Assembly (NCBI GenBank): GCA_965221855.1
Contig: CBDCSV010000010.1
Coordinates: 67,650-131,649, forward strand
From: Rhodospirillales bacterium
GTDB taxonomy: Bacteria > Pseudomonadota > Alphaproteobacteria > Rhodospirillales > UBA2165
Length of the DNA stretch: 64,000 nt
Direction of reading: 5' to 3'
Positions 1 through 9,336 of this stretch are shown in pieces (positions within the stretch are counted from its first letter, which is position 1; every line of letters begins with the position of its first letter). A model generated the notes under the pieces. The model was given only the letters and a program-made list of their open reading frames with translations. It searched no databases and was not told the origin of the DNA. The translations under genes were made by a program, and so were the position numbers.

Positions 1-542
1 AGCAGAATGCGTCCCTGGCGCGCATCGAAGCCGACCCGCCGGAGTATACCCGTCATTCCCCAGATGACACCGGCCTCGCTCACTTGGGTAATCAGACCGG
101 GATCGGATTGGGGGGCCGCCACGGCCGCCAACAGCCGGTTGAGCGCCCCGGCGGTGCCGTCGGCGTAGGCTTCCAATTCCGCCTCGTCGGCGACCGGCTC
201 TTCGGACAAATCGGCGTCCCGGCCGTCGATCAGGGCCTGGATCAGGCTTTCCGGCAGCCGGGCCCGGCGGATCAATTCGGTCAGCGGATCGAGCACCTGG
301 TGGCCGGTGGTCCGGACGTCGTCGGCATAGGCCGCGGTTACCGCGTCCCGCCACCATTGAAGGCGCATCTCGCCGAGAAGCGGCTCGCTCACCACCTCGC
401 GGGTCCGGGCGATTTCCAGATTGAAGGCGAGGACCGTGCAAAAATCCTCCCGCGCCGCGCCGGGGGCGAACAGCGTGGTCAGAAACCGGTCCCGGTCGTG
501 CCGGCGGACCTCCTCGGCGCAGTAGCTGAGACCTGCGGTCAT
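1..542 (-). CDS. Phytoene/squalene synthase family protein (NDUFAF6-like), N-terminal part; the gene runs off the left edge
   Basis: My translation of the minus strand from the ATG at 542..540 gives MTAGLSYCAEEVRRHDRDRFLTTLFAPGAAREDFCTVLAFNLEIARTREVVSEPLLGEMRLQWWRDAV..., which is typical of the alphaproteobacterial SQS/PSY-like family. The frame stays open to position 1. It is absent from the ORF track because it is incomplete. Confidence 0.6.
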   Translation of the reverse strand, partial: MTAGLSYCAEEVRRHDRDRFLTTLFAPGAAREDFCTVLAFNLEIARTREVVSEPLLGEMRLQWWRDAVTAAYADDVRTTGHQVLDPLTELIRRARLPESLIQALIDGRDADLSEEPVADEAELEAYADGTAGALNRLLAAVAAPQSDPGLITQVSEAGVIWGMTGILRRVGFDARQGRIL

Positions 543-626
543 TTGCCTCTCGTAAAGGGGTATCGCTGGCTTACGCCCCTGACAATGGGATATAGAGACC
601 AAATGGTTCCGGGGGCAAGTATCGGA

Positions 627-1925
627 ATGAACGATCAAGGGACGTCCGTGGACGGACGCGCGCTTCATGTGGTGGGCGCAGGCGTGGCCGGCCTCGCCGC
701 GGCGGTCGCCGGGGTCCGGGCCGGGCTCGGCGTCGCGCTGTATGAAGCGGCGGGGCAGGCGGGCGGGCGTTGCCGCTCGTTCCACGACGGCACCCTCGAC
801 CGGCTGATCGATAACGGCAACCATTTGATCGTCGGCGCAAACCGAAGCGTATTCGAGTACCTGGCCGATATCGGCGCGCCCGACGCCCTGTCCCCGCTGG
901 ACCCGCCCCGGTTCGACTTCCTCGACGCGGCGAACGGGGAGACGTGGACCCTCCAGCCGAAGGACGGGTTTCTGCCGTTCTGGCTGCTGGGTAAACAGGG
1001 GCGTGTGCCGGGCGGCGGCGTTGGCGATCTGATCGATGCGGGCCGGCTGGCGTTTGCCGGCCCGGATGCGACGGTTGCCGACTGTGTGGATACGGACGGG
1101 CCGCTATTCGAGCGCTTCTGGCAGCCCCTTGCCCGGGCGGTCCTCAACACCGACGCCACCGAGGGCTCGGCCCGGCTGCTGTGGCGGATGATCCGCAAGA
1201 CCTTCGCCAAGGGAGCCGCCGGGAGCCGGCCGTACCTGGCCCATAAAGGACTGTCCGCGGCGCTGGTCGACCCGGCCCTCGCCTATCTCGGCGGCCGCGG
1301 GGCGACGGCCGTATTCAACGAACGGCTGCGCGGTCTTCGGATTTCGGACGGCCGGGCGACGGGGCTCGATTTCGGCGACCGCACCGTGGGCGCCGGCAAC
1401 GCCCAGGTGGTGCTGGCCCTGCCGCCGTCCGAGATCGCCCGGCTGCTGCCGGACGTCAGTGTGCCCGAGGAAACCCGTCCCATCGTCAACCTGCATTACC
1501 GGCTGGACGGTGAAGCCGTCCTGCCGGGCGGGGGCGCGTTTCTGGGACTGGTGGGGACCGAGGCCCAATGGATTTTCCGCCGCGGCGATATTCTTTCCGT
1601 GACCATCAGCGCCGCCACCGAAATCGCCGCGAATCCGGCCGACGTCATCGCCGAACTCATTTGGCGGGAACTGGCGCCCATCCTCGATCGGCCCGGCGCG
1701 CCCCTTCCCCCGTGCCGGGTCATCAAGGAGCAGCGGGCGACCATCGCGCAGACCCCCGCCCAGGCCGCCCTGCGGCCCGGCCCGGCGACGGGAATCGCCA
1801 ATCTTTGGCTGGCCGGCGACTGGACCGGCACAGGCCTGCCGGCCACCATCGACGGCGCCATCCGATCGGGGCGGGAGGCCGTGAAACGCGCGCTCAGCGC
1901 CGGATTCCGGCCAGTTCCGGATTAA
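627..1925 (+). CDS. hpnE: FAD-dependent desaturase, HpnE-like (hydroxysqualene dehydroxylase family)
   Basis: The dinucleotide-binding motif VVGAGVAGLAAA is followed by GGRCRS and IDNGNHL motifs characteristic of HpnE-type amine-oxidase-fold enzymes. The track ORF 84..1925 has an R/G/P-rich N-terminal extension that overlaps the divergent gene, so the start was trimmed to the ATG at 627 (alternative ATG at 603). Confidence 0.6.
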   Translation: MNDQGTSVDGRALHVVGAGVAGLAAAVAGVRAGLGVALYEAAGQAGGRCRSFHDGTLDRLIDNGNHLIVGANRSVFEYLADIGAPDALSPLDPPRFDFLDAANGETWTLQPKDGFLPFWLLGKQGRVPGGGVGDLIDAGRLAFAGPDATVADCVDTDGPLFERFWQPLARAVLNTDATEGSARLLWRMIRKTFAKGAAGSRPYLAHKGLSAALVDPALAYLGGRGATAVFNERLRGLRISDGRATGLDFGDRTVGAGNAQVVLALPPSEIARLLPDVSVPEETRPIVNLHYRLDGEAVLPGGGAFLGLVGTEAQWIFRRGDILSVTISAATEIAANPADVIAELIWRELAPILDRPGAPLPPCRVIKEQRATIAQTPAQAALRPGPATGIANLWLAGDWTGTGLPATIDGAIRSGREAVKRALSAGFRPVPD

Positions 1926-2039
1926 CCCGCCATTAACCACAAAGATGTTTGGGTATACTTTCGCCGAATCATGGCATTACAATGGCCGTGAAACCCACCT
2001 TCGGATTCGTGGCATCGAGGAGCACAAAGGGGGAGTTTG

Positions 2040-2135
2040 ATGGGAAATCCACTCGACTCACTTACCGGTACTATCATTCTAGGTCTGGTCATCACCGTCG
2101 TGATGATCTTGGTTGTCAACGGCATTGGCGCTTAG
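2040..2135 (+). CDS. Possible 31-aa single-pass membrane peptide (MGNPLDSLTGTIILGLVITVVMILVVNGIGA)
   Basis: ATG at 2040 is preceded by GGGGGAG 5 nt upstream. It has a hydrophobic core and ends 20 nt before the next gene, which has its own GGAGG. It is too short to appear in the ORF track. Confidence 0.35.
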   Translation: MGNPLDSLTGTIILGLVITVVMILVVNGIGA

Positions 2136-2155
2136 GGCGCGGATAGGAGGCAACC

Positions 2156-2662
2156 ATGGAATTCGGATTTGAATTTTGGACTTTCTTCGTTCGCTGGCTG
2201 CACGTCCTCTCGGGCGTCATGTGGATCGGCCTGCTCTGGTACTTCAATTTCGTCCAGACGCCGACCGTTCCGACCATCCCCGAGGAGCTTCGCCCGGCGA
2301 TCCCGAAGCACATCATGCCCGTGGCCCTGTTCTGGTTCCGCTGGGCGGCCCTGTCGACGGTCCTTTGGGGCCTGATCCTGGCGTGGATGAACGGCTACCT
2401 GATCGAGGCGCTGGCCATCGGCCTGACCGACAACGTGGGCAAGCATGCGATGATCGGCATCGGCATGTGGTTCGGCCTGATCATGGCGTTCAACGTCTGG
2501 TTCATTATCTGGCCGAACCAGCAGAAGGTCATCGGCCTGGTGGAAGCCAGCGACGAGGAGAAGCCGAAGGCGGCCCGCGCCGCGGCGCTCGCGTCCCGGA
2601 CCAACACCATGCTGTCGATCCCCATGCTTTACGCCATGGTGGCGGCGCAGAACATCTTCTAG
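2156..2662 (+). CDS. Integral membrane protein, urate-oxidase N-terminal (PuuD N-domain)-like
   Basis: 168 aa with about 4 TM helices. The RWLHVLSGVMWIGLLWYFNF motif resembles the N-terminal membrane domain of PuuD-type urate hydroxylases. GGAGG RBS. The TAG stop (2660..2662) coincides with the IS630 insertion junction. Confidence 0.6.
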   Translation: MEFGFEFWTFFVRWLHVLSGVMWIGLLWYFNFVQTPTVPTIPEELRPAIPKHIMPVALFWFRWAALSTVLWGLILAWMNGYLIEALAIGLTDNVGKHAMIGIGMWFGLIMAFNVWFIIWPNQQKVIGLVEASDEEKPKAARAAALASRTNTMLSIPMLYAMVAAQNIF

Positions 2663-3713
2663 AGCGTTTCATATTTTGACGGAAGCGTATCCTGCGTTTT
2701 TGAAGTAGTTGGCGCATTGCTGTGGCTCGATGGTGTCGATGAGGCTCCCGAGATGGCGCCATAAGTCGTCGATCTCCCGCTTCTGGGCGTTTCTCATCCA
2801 GTGCTTGATTTGGGCAAAGGTCTGCTCGATGGGATTGAGGTCGGGGGAATATTTGGGCAGGAGCCACAGCTTGGCTCCGGCGGCACGGATGGCGTTTCGC
2901 ACGGCTTTTGACTTGTGGCTGCCGAGATTGTCCATGATGACGATGTCGCCGGGCACCAGGGTCGGCACGAGCAGCTGCTCGACGTAGGCGCGGAAGCACA
3001 CGCCATTGATGGGGCCGTCGAAGACGCAGGGCGCGGTGAACCGGTCGCAGCGCAGCGCGCCGATGAAGGTCAGGGTGTGCCACCGCCCATGGGGGGCAAA
3101 GCCGCGGACCCGCTCCCCTTTCGGCCCCCAGCCGCGCAGCGGGGCCATATTGGTCCGGATCCAGGTTTCATCAATGAATACCAGCCGTTCGGGATCAAGC
3201 TTTGCCTGCCACGCCTTCCAGCGCCTGCGATGGCGGGCGATGTCCGCGCGCGCCCGTTCAACGGCGAACAGGGTTTTTTTTAAAGCGCAGCCCTTCACGG
3301 CGCAGAAACAGCCATACCGTGCTGTGGGATACCCTGACACCCCGAGCGGCCAACTCGTCTCTCAACCGATGCAGCGTCAGATGCGGCTCCTGGTCGATCC
3401 GGCCGACAATGAACTCCCGATGGGGCTCAAGAACCCGGCGGCGGTGACCGCCCATCTTGCCGGGCGCAACACTCCCCGTCCGCCGGTAGCGCTGCGACCA
3501 CTTAACCACGCTCGAAACCGCAACCCCAAACCGAGCCGCTACAGCGCGGCAACTCTCCCCCGCCAAAACCGCCAAAACAACACGCTCTCGCAAATCAATC
3601 GAATAAGGTCTCGCCATGAATGCTGGCCTCCTTGCCCAGCATCCATCTTGAATCATGGTTCGCCCATACTTGGGAATCCCTAAAATGATTCAATCAATCT
3701 CAAATACGCTCTA
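2660..3713 (-). mobile_element. IS630-family insertion sequence, type A, copy 1 (1054 bp including flanking TA)
   Basis: Terminal inverted repeats begin TAGAGCGT at both ends and the element is bounded by TA within CTAG. It carries a two-frame transposase (orfA 3258..3656, orfB 2669..3340). A second copy lies at 41877..42930 in the opposite orientation. Confidence 0.9.
2669..3656 (-). CDS. IS630-family transposase (HTH orfA + DDE orfB, joined by frameshift or slippage at an A8 tract)
   Basis: orfA is 132 aa with an HTH. orfB contains LVFIDETW...DNLGSHK...YSPDLNPIE (DDE). The fusion reading ...FKK(K)TLFAVERARADI appears after a one-base shift at T8 3274..3281. Confidence 0.85.
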
Positions 3714-3739
3714 GAGGCGCCAGAGCCGATAACGCCGCC

Positions 3740-4796
3740 TAGAGAGTTTTCTGATCTGACGGAATCGTTAGGGATTCCCAAAGTCTCTGATTTCTGATTC
3801 AAGATGTGGGCTGGTGAAGGAGGCCAGCCTGCATGACGAGACCACTTTCGAATGATCTACGACATCGGTTGGTTGCGGCGGTGGACGGCGGGATGTCGCG
3901 TCGGTCTGCGGCGAAGGTTTTTGGGGTTGCGGCCTCGACGGCGATCAAATGGGTTGATCAGTGGCGGCAGCGGGGTGATGTGCGGCCCCGGCCGCAAGGC
4001 GGGGACCGCCGCTCTCACCGCCTTGAAGCGTATGCCGAGGAGGTTCTGGCGCTTGTCACGGAGACACCGGACATCACCCTGGCCGAGATCGCAGCCTGTC
4101 TGGAGGAGGTGCACGGGCTTCGGGTTGCCCCGAGCACGGTCTGGCGGCTGCTCGACCGCCACGGCATGACCTTCAAAAAAAACCGCGCACGCCAGCGAGC
4201 AGCAACGTCCTGATGTCTTGGCGCGCCGGCAGGCCTGGGCCGAGGCGCAGCCCGGCCTGATGCCGGAGCGGCTGGTCTTCATCGACGAGACCGGCACATC
4301 GACCAAGATGGCCCGGCGCTATGGCCGCGCGCCGCGCGGGCAGCGCTGCCAAGCCGCCATCCCTCACGGCCACTGGAAGACCACCACTTTGGTCGCTGCT
4401 CTCACGCTCGACGGCATCCTCGCCCCCATGACCATCGATGGGGCGATGACCGGGGCAGCCTTCCTTGCCTATGTCGAGCAAATCCTGGTCCCAACCCTCA
4501 AACCCGGAGACATCGTCATTATGGACAATCTGCCAGCCCATAAGCCCGCCAGCGTGCGTAAGGCCATCGAAGACGCCGGCGCCGAGCTCCGCTTCCTGCC
4601 GCCCTACTCACCCGACTTCAACCCAATCGAGATGGCCTTCGCAAAGCTCAAGGCCCTCCTCAAAAAGACCGCAGCCAGAACCGTCGACGACCTCTACGAC
4701 GCCATCGCAACCGCCATCGACACAGTCACCCAATCCGAGTGCCAAAACTACTTCACTGCCGCAGGCTATGACCGGGTGTGATCAGAAAATGCTCTA
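3740..4796 (+). mobile_element. IS630-family insertion sequence, type B, copy 1 (1057 bp including flanking TA)
   Basis: IRs are TAGAGAGTTTTCTGATC and the reverse complement of GATCAGAAAATGCTCTA. It has TA/CTAG junctions. An identical copy lies at 40822..41878, at an offset of 37082 bp. Confidence 0.9.
3833..4781 (+). CDS. IS630-family transposase (orfA 3833..4213 + orfB to 4781, shift at A8 4175..4182)
   Basis: HTH N-terminus. DDE region LVFIDETG...DNLPAHK...[10 protein letters not shown] one-base shift gives ...FKK(K)[12 protein letters not shown], the canonical IS630 junction sequence. Confidence 0.85.
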
Positions 4797-6509
4797 GTAA
4801 TCCGCGCCGCAGATCACGTTGAGCACGGCGGGCTTCCGGTCCACCGTCACCGCCTTGATGGCCCGGTCCAGCGCGCGCGCCAATTCAGCCGGATCGTCGA
4901 CCCGCTCGCCAAAGCCGTCCATCATGTCGGCCACCATCTCGAACTTGGGCGACGGCTCCAGGGTGGACATGGCCATGCGGTTGGATTGGACCGCCTTGCC
5001 CTGGGGATACATGGACATGGTCGCCCGCTGAACGGCGAACCACCGCGAGTTGTTGAGCACGATGGAGAGGATCGGCTTGTCGTAGGCGGCGCACACCTGG
5101 GTCGCCGGAACCGGGTTGGAGAACATGTACGATCCGTCACCCGTCGCGGAGACGCAAAGCCGGCCGTTGACGCCAAAACGCGCACCGATCGTCGCGCCGG
5201 TTCCCCAGCCCAGGCCGCCGGCGAGCGGCGTCCCGAAATGGGTGCGCGGTTTGGTGTTGCGCATGAACGGCAGCTGCAGGCCGTAGTCGTTGAAGACCAT
5301 CGCTTCGCCGCCCGTCGCCTGATCCAGGCAATGGGATACCCAGGCGGGGTGAATGGGCACGTCGGCCTTCGCCTTCCGGAGAGCGCCGTTCATCCGCTCG
5401 GCGCGGGATTTCTGAATTTCCCTTATCCGCTTCCGCCGGGCGCCGGCGCGTTTCTTCACGCCGTTTCTTCGCGCACCCAAGGCGTCGCCCAGCATGGGCA
5501 ACGCCGACTCCAGGGTGCTCGTAATGGCGAGCTCGCGCGGGAAGCCGCGGATGGGGTAATTCTCGAACAAGGGATCGGCGCCGATCTGAATAATCCGGCA
5601 ATCCTCGGCCGGCGGCGACTGCATCTGTTTGGTGAACGGCGCGTCCGTATCGAGGGTCACGATGACATCGGCCTCGCTGACGTGGGGTTTGGCATCGAAC
5701 CCCAGGTTCATCGGATGGTCGCCCGCGAGCCCATTGGTGCAAGGCCGGTATTCGAGGACGGGAATGGCGTAGGCGGACGCCAAGGCGTCCAGCGCGGCCG
5801 CGCTCTCGGCGCTGCGGCCGGCATTGCGCGAAACGATCAGCGGATTTTCGGCCCTGGAGAGAATGTCCGCCGCCTCGTCGATGGCGTTGGCGTCGGCGGC
5901 CGCCGGGACAGCGGGCCGGCGCAGGCTTCCGTCGCCGATTTCGGGCAACTCTACCTCCATGCCCAGCACTTCCCGCGGCAGCGAAAGATAGACCGGCCCG
6001 CTGGGCTCGCTCCGCGCCAGTTCCAGCGCCCGGTCGACCACCGAGGCGACCTGCGCCCCGTTGCGGAGTTCGTAGTCCCATTTGACCAGTTCGCGCAGCA
6101 TGCCCGCCTGGTCGAACATCTCCTGGGCCCAGTGAATGCCGGCATTTCGCGAGCCGTGAAGTTCAAACTCGGTGAGCGGGGTCCGGCCGGCGGTGAACAG
6201 GATCGGAACACGGTCCCGGCTGGCGTTATAGAGCCCACAGATCGCATTCGCGGTGCCCACCGTCACGTGCACCATGACCGCGGCCACCTTCCCGGTGGCG
6301 AGGTAGTAGCCATGGGCCATGGAAATGGCGACGTTCTCATGGGGAACGGTAATCGGCTCGGGCAGCTTGGACTGGTCCTTGACCGCCGCGTAAGCCTCGA
6401 TGATCGGGGCGAAGTCGGTGCCCGCGTTGGCGAAGATGTAATCCACGCCCCGGCTCTTCAGCAGCCGGAGATATACCTCGGCGACAGTGACCTTCCTTGA
6501 TTTCGGCAC
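4794..6509 (-). CDS. Thiamine-diphosphate-dependent enzyme (acetolactate synthase large-subunit-like family)
   Basis: 571 aa with an N-terminal PYR domain (GVDYIFANAGTDFAPIIEA, HENVAISMAHGY), a central domain, and a C-terminal PP domain with GDGSYMF...NN. Confidence 0.8.
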   Translation of the reverse strand: MPKSRKVTVAEVYLRLLKSRGVDYIFANAGTDFAPIIEAYAAVKDQSKLPEPITVPHENVAISMAHGYYLATGKVAAVMVHVTVGTANAICGLYNASRDRVPILFTAGRTPLTEFELHGSRNAGIHWAQEMFDQAGMLRELVKWDYELRNGAQVASVVDRALELARSEPSGPVYLSLPREVLGMEVELPEIGDGSLRRPAVPAAADANAIDEAADILSRAENPLIVSRNAGRSAESAAALDALASAYAIPVLEYRPCTNGLAGDHPMNLGFDAKPHVSEADVIVTLDTDAPFTKQMQSPPAEDCRIIQIGADPLFENYPIRGFPRELAITSTLESALPMLGDALGARRNGVKKRAGARRKRIREIQKSRAERMNGALRKAKADVPIHPAWVSHCLDQATGGEAMVFNDYGLQLPFMRNTKPRTHFGTPLAGGLGWGTGATIGARFGVNGRLCVSATGDGSYMFSNPVPATQVCAAYDKPILSIVLNNSRWFAVQRATMSMYPQGKAVQSNRMAMSTLEPSPKFEMVADMMDGFGERVDDPAELARALDRAIKAVTVDRKPAVLNVICGADY

Positions 6510-6636
6510 GATAATTCTCCCCTTTCGGCGAACTCCGCCGTTCGATTGTTCTTGGCGGCCCGGCCCTCACTATATCAGCCGCCGGGAACTGGCAAATCCG
6601 GTCAAACACCGTGTCCCGCAACCGGACAGGCGGGCG

Positions 6637-7293
6637 TCATTTCGAGATCAACATGCTCTCGTAATTGCCGCCCATGACCTCGCTCACCGGCTGGCCGGCC
6701 TCGACGGCCCGGGCCATGTCGGCTTCCTTGGCGGCTATTTCCTCGGCCTTTCGGACCACCTCTTCGGCCCGGTCCCGGGGCACGAAGACAACCCCCGATC
6801 CGTCGGCCAGAACCAGATCGCCGGGCCGGACGTTCACGTCACCGACGGTAATCGGGACGTCCCATTCCAGTTCGGCAATCCGCCCGCGGGCGGTGAACGA
6901 GGTCGCCTGCCGGGCAAACACCGGATAGCCGACCTCCCGGCTCTCATCCATATCCCGTGCCGGCCCGTCGACGATGGTCCCGGACAACCCCTTGGCGGCC
7001 GCGGCCCGGGAGAGGATACCCCCCCAGCCCGCGGCGATCTCGGTCGCGTGGTTTTCGATCACCACCACATCGCCGGGGGCGGCGGCATCGACCGCCGCGG
7101 TACAGAGGTGGCGTTTCGGGATATCCGGGCTCGGCGGTCCCAGCCGAACGGTTTGCACCTTCCCGCCGAAACGCTTGGTCACCGAATGGGCATCGAGCCC
7201 GATCACCGTTCCCGGCACCCCAAGCGCATCGCAGGCATCGGAAAGCGCACAGGTATCGACGGCTCGAAGTCTATCAGCAAGGCTGTCGCTCAT
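6637..7293 (-). CDS. RraA-family protein, likely 4-hydroxy-4-methyl-2-oxoglutarate / 4-carboxy-4-hydroxy-2-oxoadipate aldolase type
   Basis: 218 aa from MSDSLADRLRAVDTCALSDACDALG. It has the RraA/DMK-methyltransferase-like fold motifs (GDVVVIE, GGILS, IVDGPARD). It lies 11 nt downstream of an amidohydrolase in a LigJ-containing operon. The track start was trimmed. Confidence 0.65.
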   Translation of the reverse strand: MSDSLADRLRAVDTCALSDACDALGVPGTVIGLDAHSVTKRFGGKVQTVRLGPPSPDIPKRHLCTAAVDAAAPGDVVVIENHATEIAAGWGGILSRAAAAKGLSGTIVDGPARDMDESREVGYPVFARQATSFTARGRIAELEWDVPITVGDVNVRPGDLVLADGSGVVFVPRDRAEEVVRKAEEIAAKEADMARAVEAGQPVSEVMGGNYESMLISK

Positions 7294-7304
7294 GGCGCTG
7301 ACCT

Positions 7305-8282
7305 CTAAAGATTGAAGATGCGTTCCGCGTTCTTCGATTTGACGGCGTCGTGGGCGTCCGCCGGCAGGCTCTCGATGCGCGCCAGGCAGCCCTTCATGTC
7401 GCCCACGTTGTGCGGATAGTCGGACCCGTAGAGAATCCGGTCCTTGCCGGCCACCTTGTGGCACAGGTCCAGCCCGTCGCCGGTATAGGAAATCGAATCG
7501 AAATAGAGCTGTTCGAAATACTCGCTTGGATGCCGGTCGATTTTCTCGCGCGCCGGCGGCATGTTGTCCCAGGCGGTGTCCAGGCGGCCCATCAGGTAGG
7601 GCAACGCGCCCCCCGCGTGACAGACGATGATCTTGAGCTTCCGGTGGATATCGAAGAAGCCGTCGAAGATCATCCGCGAGATGGCAAGGGTGGTGTCGAA
7701 CATGAACCCGACCGAGAACACCAGATTGAACCGCTGCATGTCCATTTCCCCGACGCCGGGCGGCGCGCCGGGATGGACGAGCACGGGCAGCGCCTTGTCA
7801 TCGATCGCCTTCCAGACGGGGGCGTAAAGGGGATCCGTCAAGGACGTGCCGGCGACGCTCGCGGAAACGAACACGCCGACCGCCCCCAGCTCGAGCGCGC
7901 GCTCGAGCTCGGTCACCGCCGCATCCGGATACTGCCAGGGCAGCGTGGCAAAGAAGCGGATGCGGTCGGGCCAGCGTTTCTGCTGGGCCGCCATATCGTC
8001 GTTCATCATCCGCGCGGTCCCGGTGCTGATCTCCTCGCCGCCCCAGTAGCAGCTCGGACAGGTCAGGGACACGATGGCGACATCGACGCCGCATTCGTCC
8101 ATGTCCTTGATCCGCTGCTCATAATCGAACATGGGGTCCATGAGGGTCATGAACGGCGCGCCCGCCTCATGAATGACACGCTGCCCCATCAGTTCCTTGA
8201 CCGTGAAGCCGCCGCCGTACGCCAAAATACGGTCGAGCCACTCGTCGTTGAGCATATGGGTATGGACGTCGATGACGGTCAT
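7305..8282 (-). CDS. Amidohydrolase-2 family protein (ACMSD/LigW-type non-oxidative decarboxylase or hydratase)
   Basis: 325 aa from MTVIDVHTHML (metal-binding HxH). Later motifs are VHPG and YGSDYPH. The track start was trimmed to the ATG at 8282. Confidence 0.75.
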   Translation of the reverse strand: MTVIDVHTHMLNDEWLDRILAYGGGFTVKELMGQRVIHEAGAPFMTLMDPMFDYEQRIKDMDECGVDVAIVSLTCPSCYWGGEEISTGTARMMNDDMAAQQKRWPDRIRFFATLPWQYPDAAVTELERALELGAVGVFVSASVAGTSLTDPLYAPVWKAIDDKALPVLVHPGAPPGVGEMDMQRFNLVFSVGFMFDTTLAISRMIFDGFFDIHRKLKIIVCHAGGALPYLMGRLDTAWDNMPPAREKIDRHPSEYFEQLYFDSISYTGDGLDLCHKVAGKDRILYGSDYPHNVGDMKGCLARIESLPADAHDAVKSKNAERIFNL

Positions 8283-8313
8283 CTGGCGCCTCTCTCGATT
8301 CGCGGCCGGCCGG

Positions 8314-9336
8314 TCAGTTGATGTCGAGCTTGAACAGGTCGATGGCGTTCCGGCTGAGGATCTTGTTCTTGTCCTCGTCCGAGATGAAGTCGATGGCCTG
8401 CACCGAGGGCGCGACATCGTCCAGCAGCTTTCCGGTCACCGGGTGCTTCTGCGAGCCGACTCCCGGGCATTCGGCGCCGAACAGGCAATTTTCCGGGCCA
8501 ACGGTCTTGACCAGCAATTCGACCGCATCCTGGGTATAGAGCACCGTGTCGTAATAGAGCTTCTTCATGCGCTCGGAAAACAGCTTCGCCGGGTCTCCGC
8601 CGGCGCGGCGGACCGAACCCGCCTCGAAGCGGCCGAGCTGATAGGGGATGGCGCCGCCGCCGTGGGAGACCAGAATCTTCAGGTCCGGGAAGTCATCGAA
8701 AACCTGGGAGTTCACCAGCCCGAATACGGCCGTGGTCTCCTCGTTGATGAAGTGGAGGGTATAGGGCTCCCGCTCGGCCCGCGAGCCGGTGCCGTGAATG
8801 TGGGCGACGACATCGAGCTCACAGAGTTTCTCGTACAGCGGATACCAATACCGGTCGCCCATGGGCGGCGGCTGGACGCCCGAGTTCTCGAAGGGATCGG
8901 GATTCAGAAGACAGCCCTTGAAACCGAGTTCGTTTACGCAGCGCTCCAGCTCGGCGATGGCCATATCGAGGGGCTCGCCGGCACATTGCGGCAGCCCCGC
9001 GATGCCAAAAAACCGGTCGGGATAAATCTGGGTCTCCCGATGGATGATGTTGTTCACCTCTTCGTGGAACCACTGCACGATGCGCACCGGCTTCTCGGAA
9101 TGCATCAATTGGAACGGCCTCGGGCTGACCATCTGGCGGTCGGTCTTCACATGGTCGATATAGTCCATGTGCGAGAAGAGGCCGATCTCGGCATGCTCTT
9201 CGACCGCATGGCGAATTTGGTCGTCGGTAACCTTGACGCCGCCCCGCCCATGGGTCCCGCGGGACGCGATTTGCGACGCCTTGAAAGCCCAGAGCTCCGC
9301 CGGGGCGCTGACGTGTGCATGACAATCAATGATCAC
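8314..9336 (-). CDS. ligJ: 4-oxalomesaconate hydratase (LigJ/GalB-type amidohydrolase)
   Basis: 340 aa. The segments MIIDCHAH..., AELERCVNELGFKGCLLNPDP, RYWYPLYEKL and SHGGGAIPY match my recollection of Sphingobium LigJ. Confidence 0.65.
   Translation of the reverse strand: MIIDCHAHVSAPAELWAFKASQIASRGTHGRGGVKVTDDQIRHAVEEHAEIGLFSHMDYIDHVKTDRQMVSPRPFQLMHSEKPVRIVQWFHEEVNNIIHRETQIYPDRFFGIAGLPQCAGEPLDMAIAELERCVNELGFKGCLLNPDPFENSGVQPPPMGDRYWYPLYEKLCELDVVAHIHGTGSRAEREPYTLHFINEETTAVFGLVNSQVFDDFPDLKILVSHGGGAIPYQLGRFEAGSVRRAGGDPAKLFSERMKKLYYDTVLYTQDAVELLVKTVGPENCLFGAECPGVGSQKHPVTGKLLDDVAPSVQAIDFISDEDKNKILSRNAIDLFKLDIN

Noticed and set aside
84-626. The N-terminal 180 residues of the 613-aa track ORF as part of the HpnE-like protein.
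   Set aside because: This part is Arg/Gly/Pro-rich and lies antisense to a well-formed phytoene-synthase-family gene. The Rossmann motif starts right after the internal ATG at 603 or 627.
3714-3739. The 26-bp spacer between the left IS630 A and B copies as a functional element.
   Set aside because: It is too short and featureless (GAGGCGCCAGAGCCGATAACGCCGCC). It is most simply a leftover of the sequence into which the two elements inserted head to head.
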